Part shown: piece after piece, positions 63,245 through 64,000 of the stretch | Layout: each line of letters begins with the position of its first letter | Position numbering within the stretch: the first letter of the stretch is position 1 | NCBI GenBank assembly: GCA_050084515.1 | Contig: CM114271.1 | Location: 31,992,001-32,056,000, forward strand | Length of the DNA: 64,000 nt | From: Blasia pusilla | Taxonomy: Eukaryota | Direction: 5' to 3' | Made by a program: the position numbers and the translations under genes | Notes under the pieces: generated by a model | Seen by the model: only the letters and a program-made list of their open reading frames with translations | What the model was told of the DNA's origin: nothing | The model's database searches: none

Positions 63245-64000
63245 ATGGACAGGGTAAACAAAAAGTTGCGGAGCAGACCAAAGCGCGGCGTTCACCGAGC
63301 GCGACGTACAGCCATGCCTCGCGAAGACTCCACGCCCATTCTGCAAATTGCGGCAATGCCGATGGTCAAGTTGTTCCCCGAGCTGGTCGAAGCACTGGAA
63401 GCGAGCTCTTTGGCGACGTTCTTTCAATCCAATTGGACACTAACATCAGGAGAACTCCTCGGAGAGCTTCATTCCTCAACGGCAGCAGCCAAGTTTCAGA
63501 AGAAGGGTCTTTGATATCGCGCACAACCCCAACAGTGGACGCTGGATGATTGGCGAGCCACGTACATGCTTCCGGCTGCCCCAGAGTATGAGTACAATAC
63601 TCAGCTCTTGGTGAAACACGAAGAATTGTTGGCACTCGGCTGTGTCATGTCTGATCGTCTGGGCAGGAATGGTTACAAGGCTACATCGCTGTCTCCACCA
63701 TTATTTGGATAGTTTTGTGAGCATGTGATGACGTTATTTTACCCAGCTCGATCTTACTACCTAACCAACAAGCTCGTCAAGATTTGTTACCTTCTTTGGA
63801 ATCAGCACTTGGATCCCGAGGCGCCGGGAGTCGACTTTGCTTCCTTTGTCGACGGGAACGTACGAAACATGCTGGAGGTGCTTCATCCAAGCACGAAGTC
63901 ATACTTATCGCCTTTTGTAATCCATCTGTATCTTCATAAGCAGGAATTGACGTCGGACGAAGCACTCGAGTGGTCGCAGGTCACTCCGGTTCGCTTACCA
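63245..64000 (+). pseudogene. Possible extra ORF downstream of the host gypsy integrase, function unknown
   Basis: ATG-initiated 63245-63514 followed by further coding-like sequence with stops; no motif recognised. Confidence 0.3.

Noticed and set aside
1-64000. Prokaryotic/phage origin of the window, or rRNA/tRNA genes
   Set aside because: Spliceosomal introns and plant retroelements dominate, and no structural RNA gene was recognisable by eye

Overview
Eukaryotic, land-plant-like, repeat-dominated window. It contains one clearly intact host gene, an 8-exon UBC13-type ubiquitin-conjugating E2 (45721-48605, minus strand), and the rest is mostly nested mobile DNA. (1) About 12 copies or fragments of one RTE-X-like LINE family, with 177-bp tandem 5' monomers, ORF1, an APE-RT-CCHC ORF2 and a (TTTACCA)n tail. 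(2) A decayed Ty1/copia element. (3) Two related Ty3/gypsy-type families with a C5 DNA-methyltransferase domain before RT and a PHD finger after integrase. Their termini are not normal LTRs but split direct repeats (B...A-B-A), and family 1 shows a 4-bp TSD and an apparent self-priming site. (4) A host gypsy element. (5) An unclassified intron-containing element encoding a SWIM finger and a ParB/Srx-like + N4/N6-methyltransferase-like protein, with dispersed 27-bp palindromes. All domain calls are by-eye motif recognition; no database searches were run.
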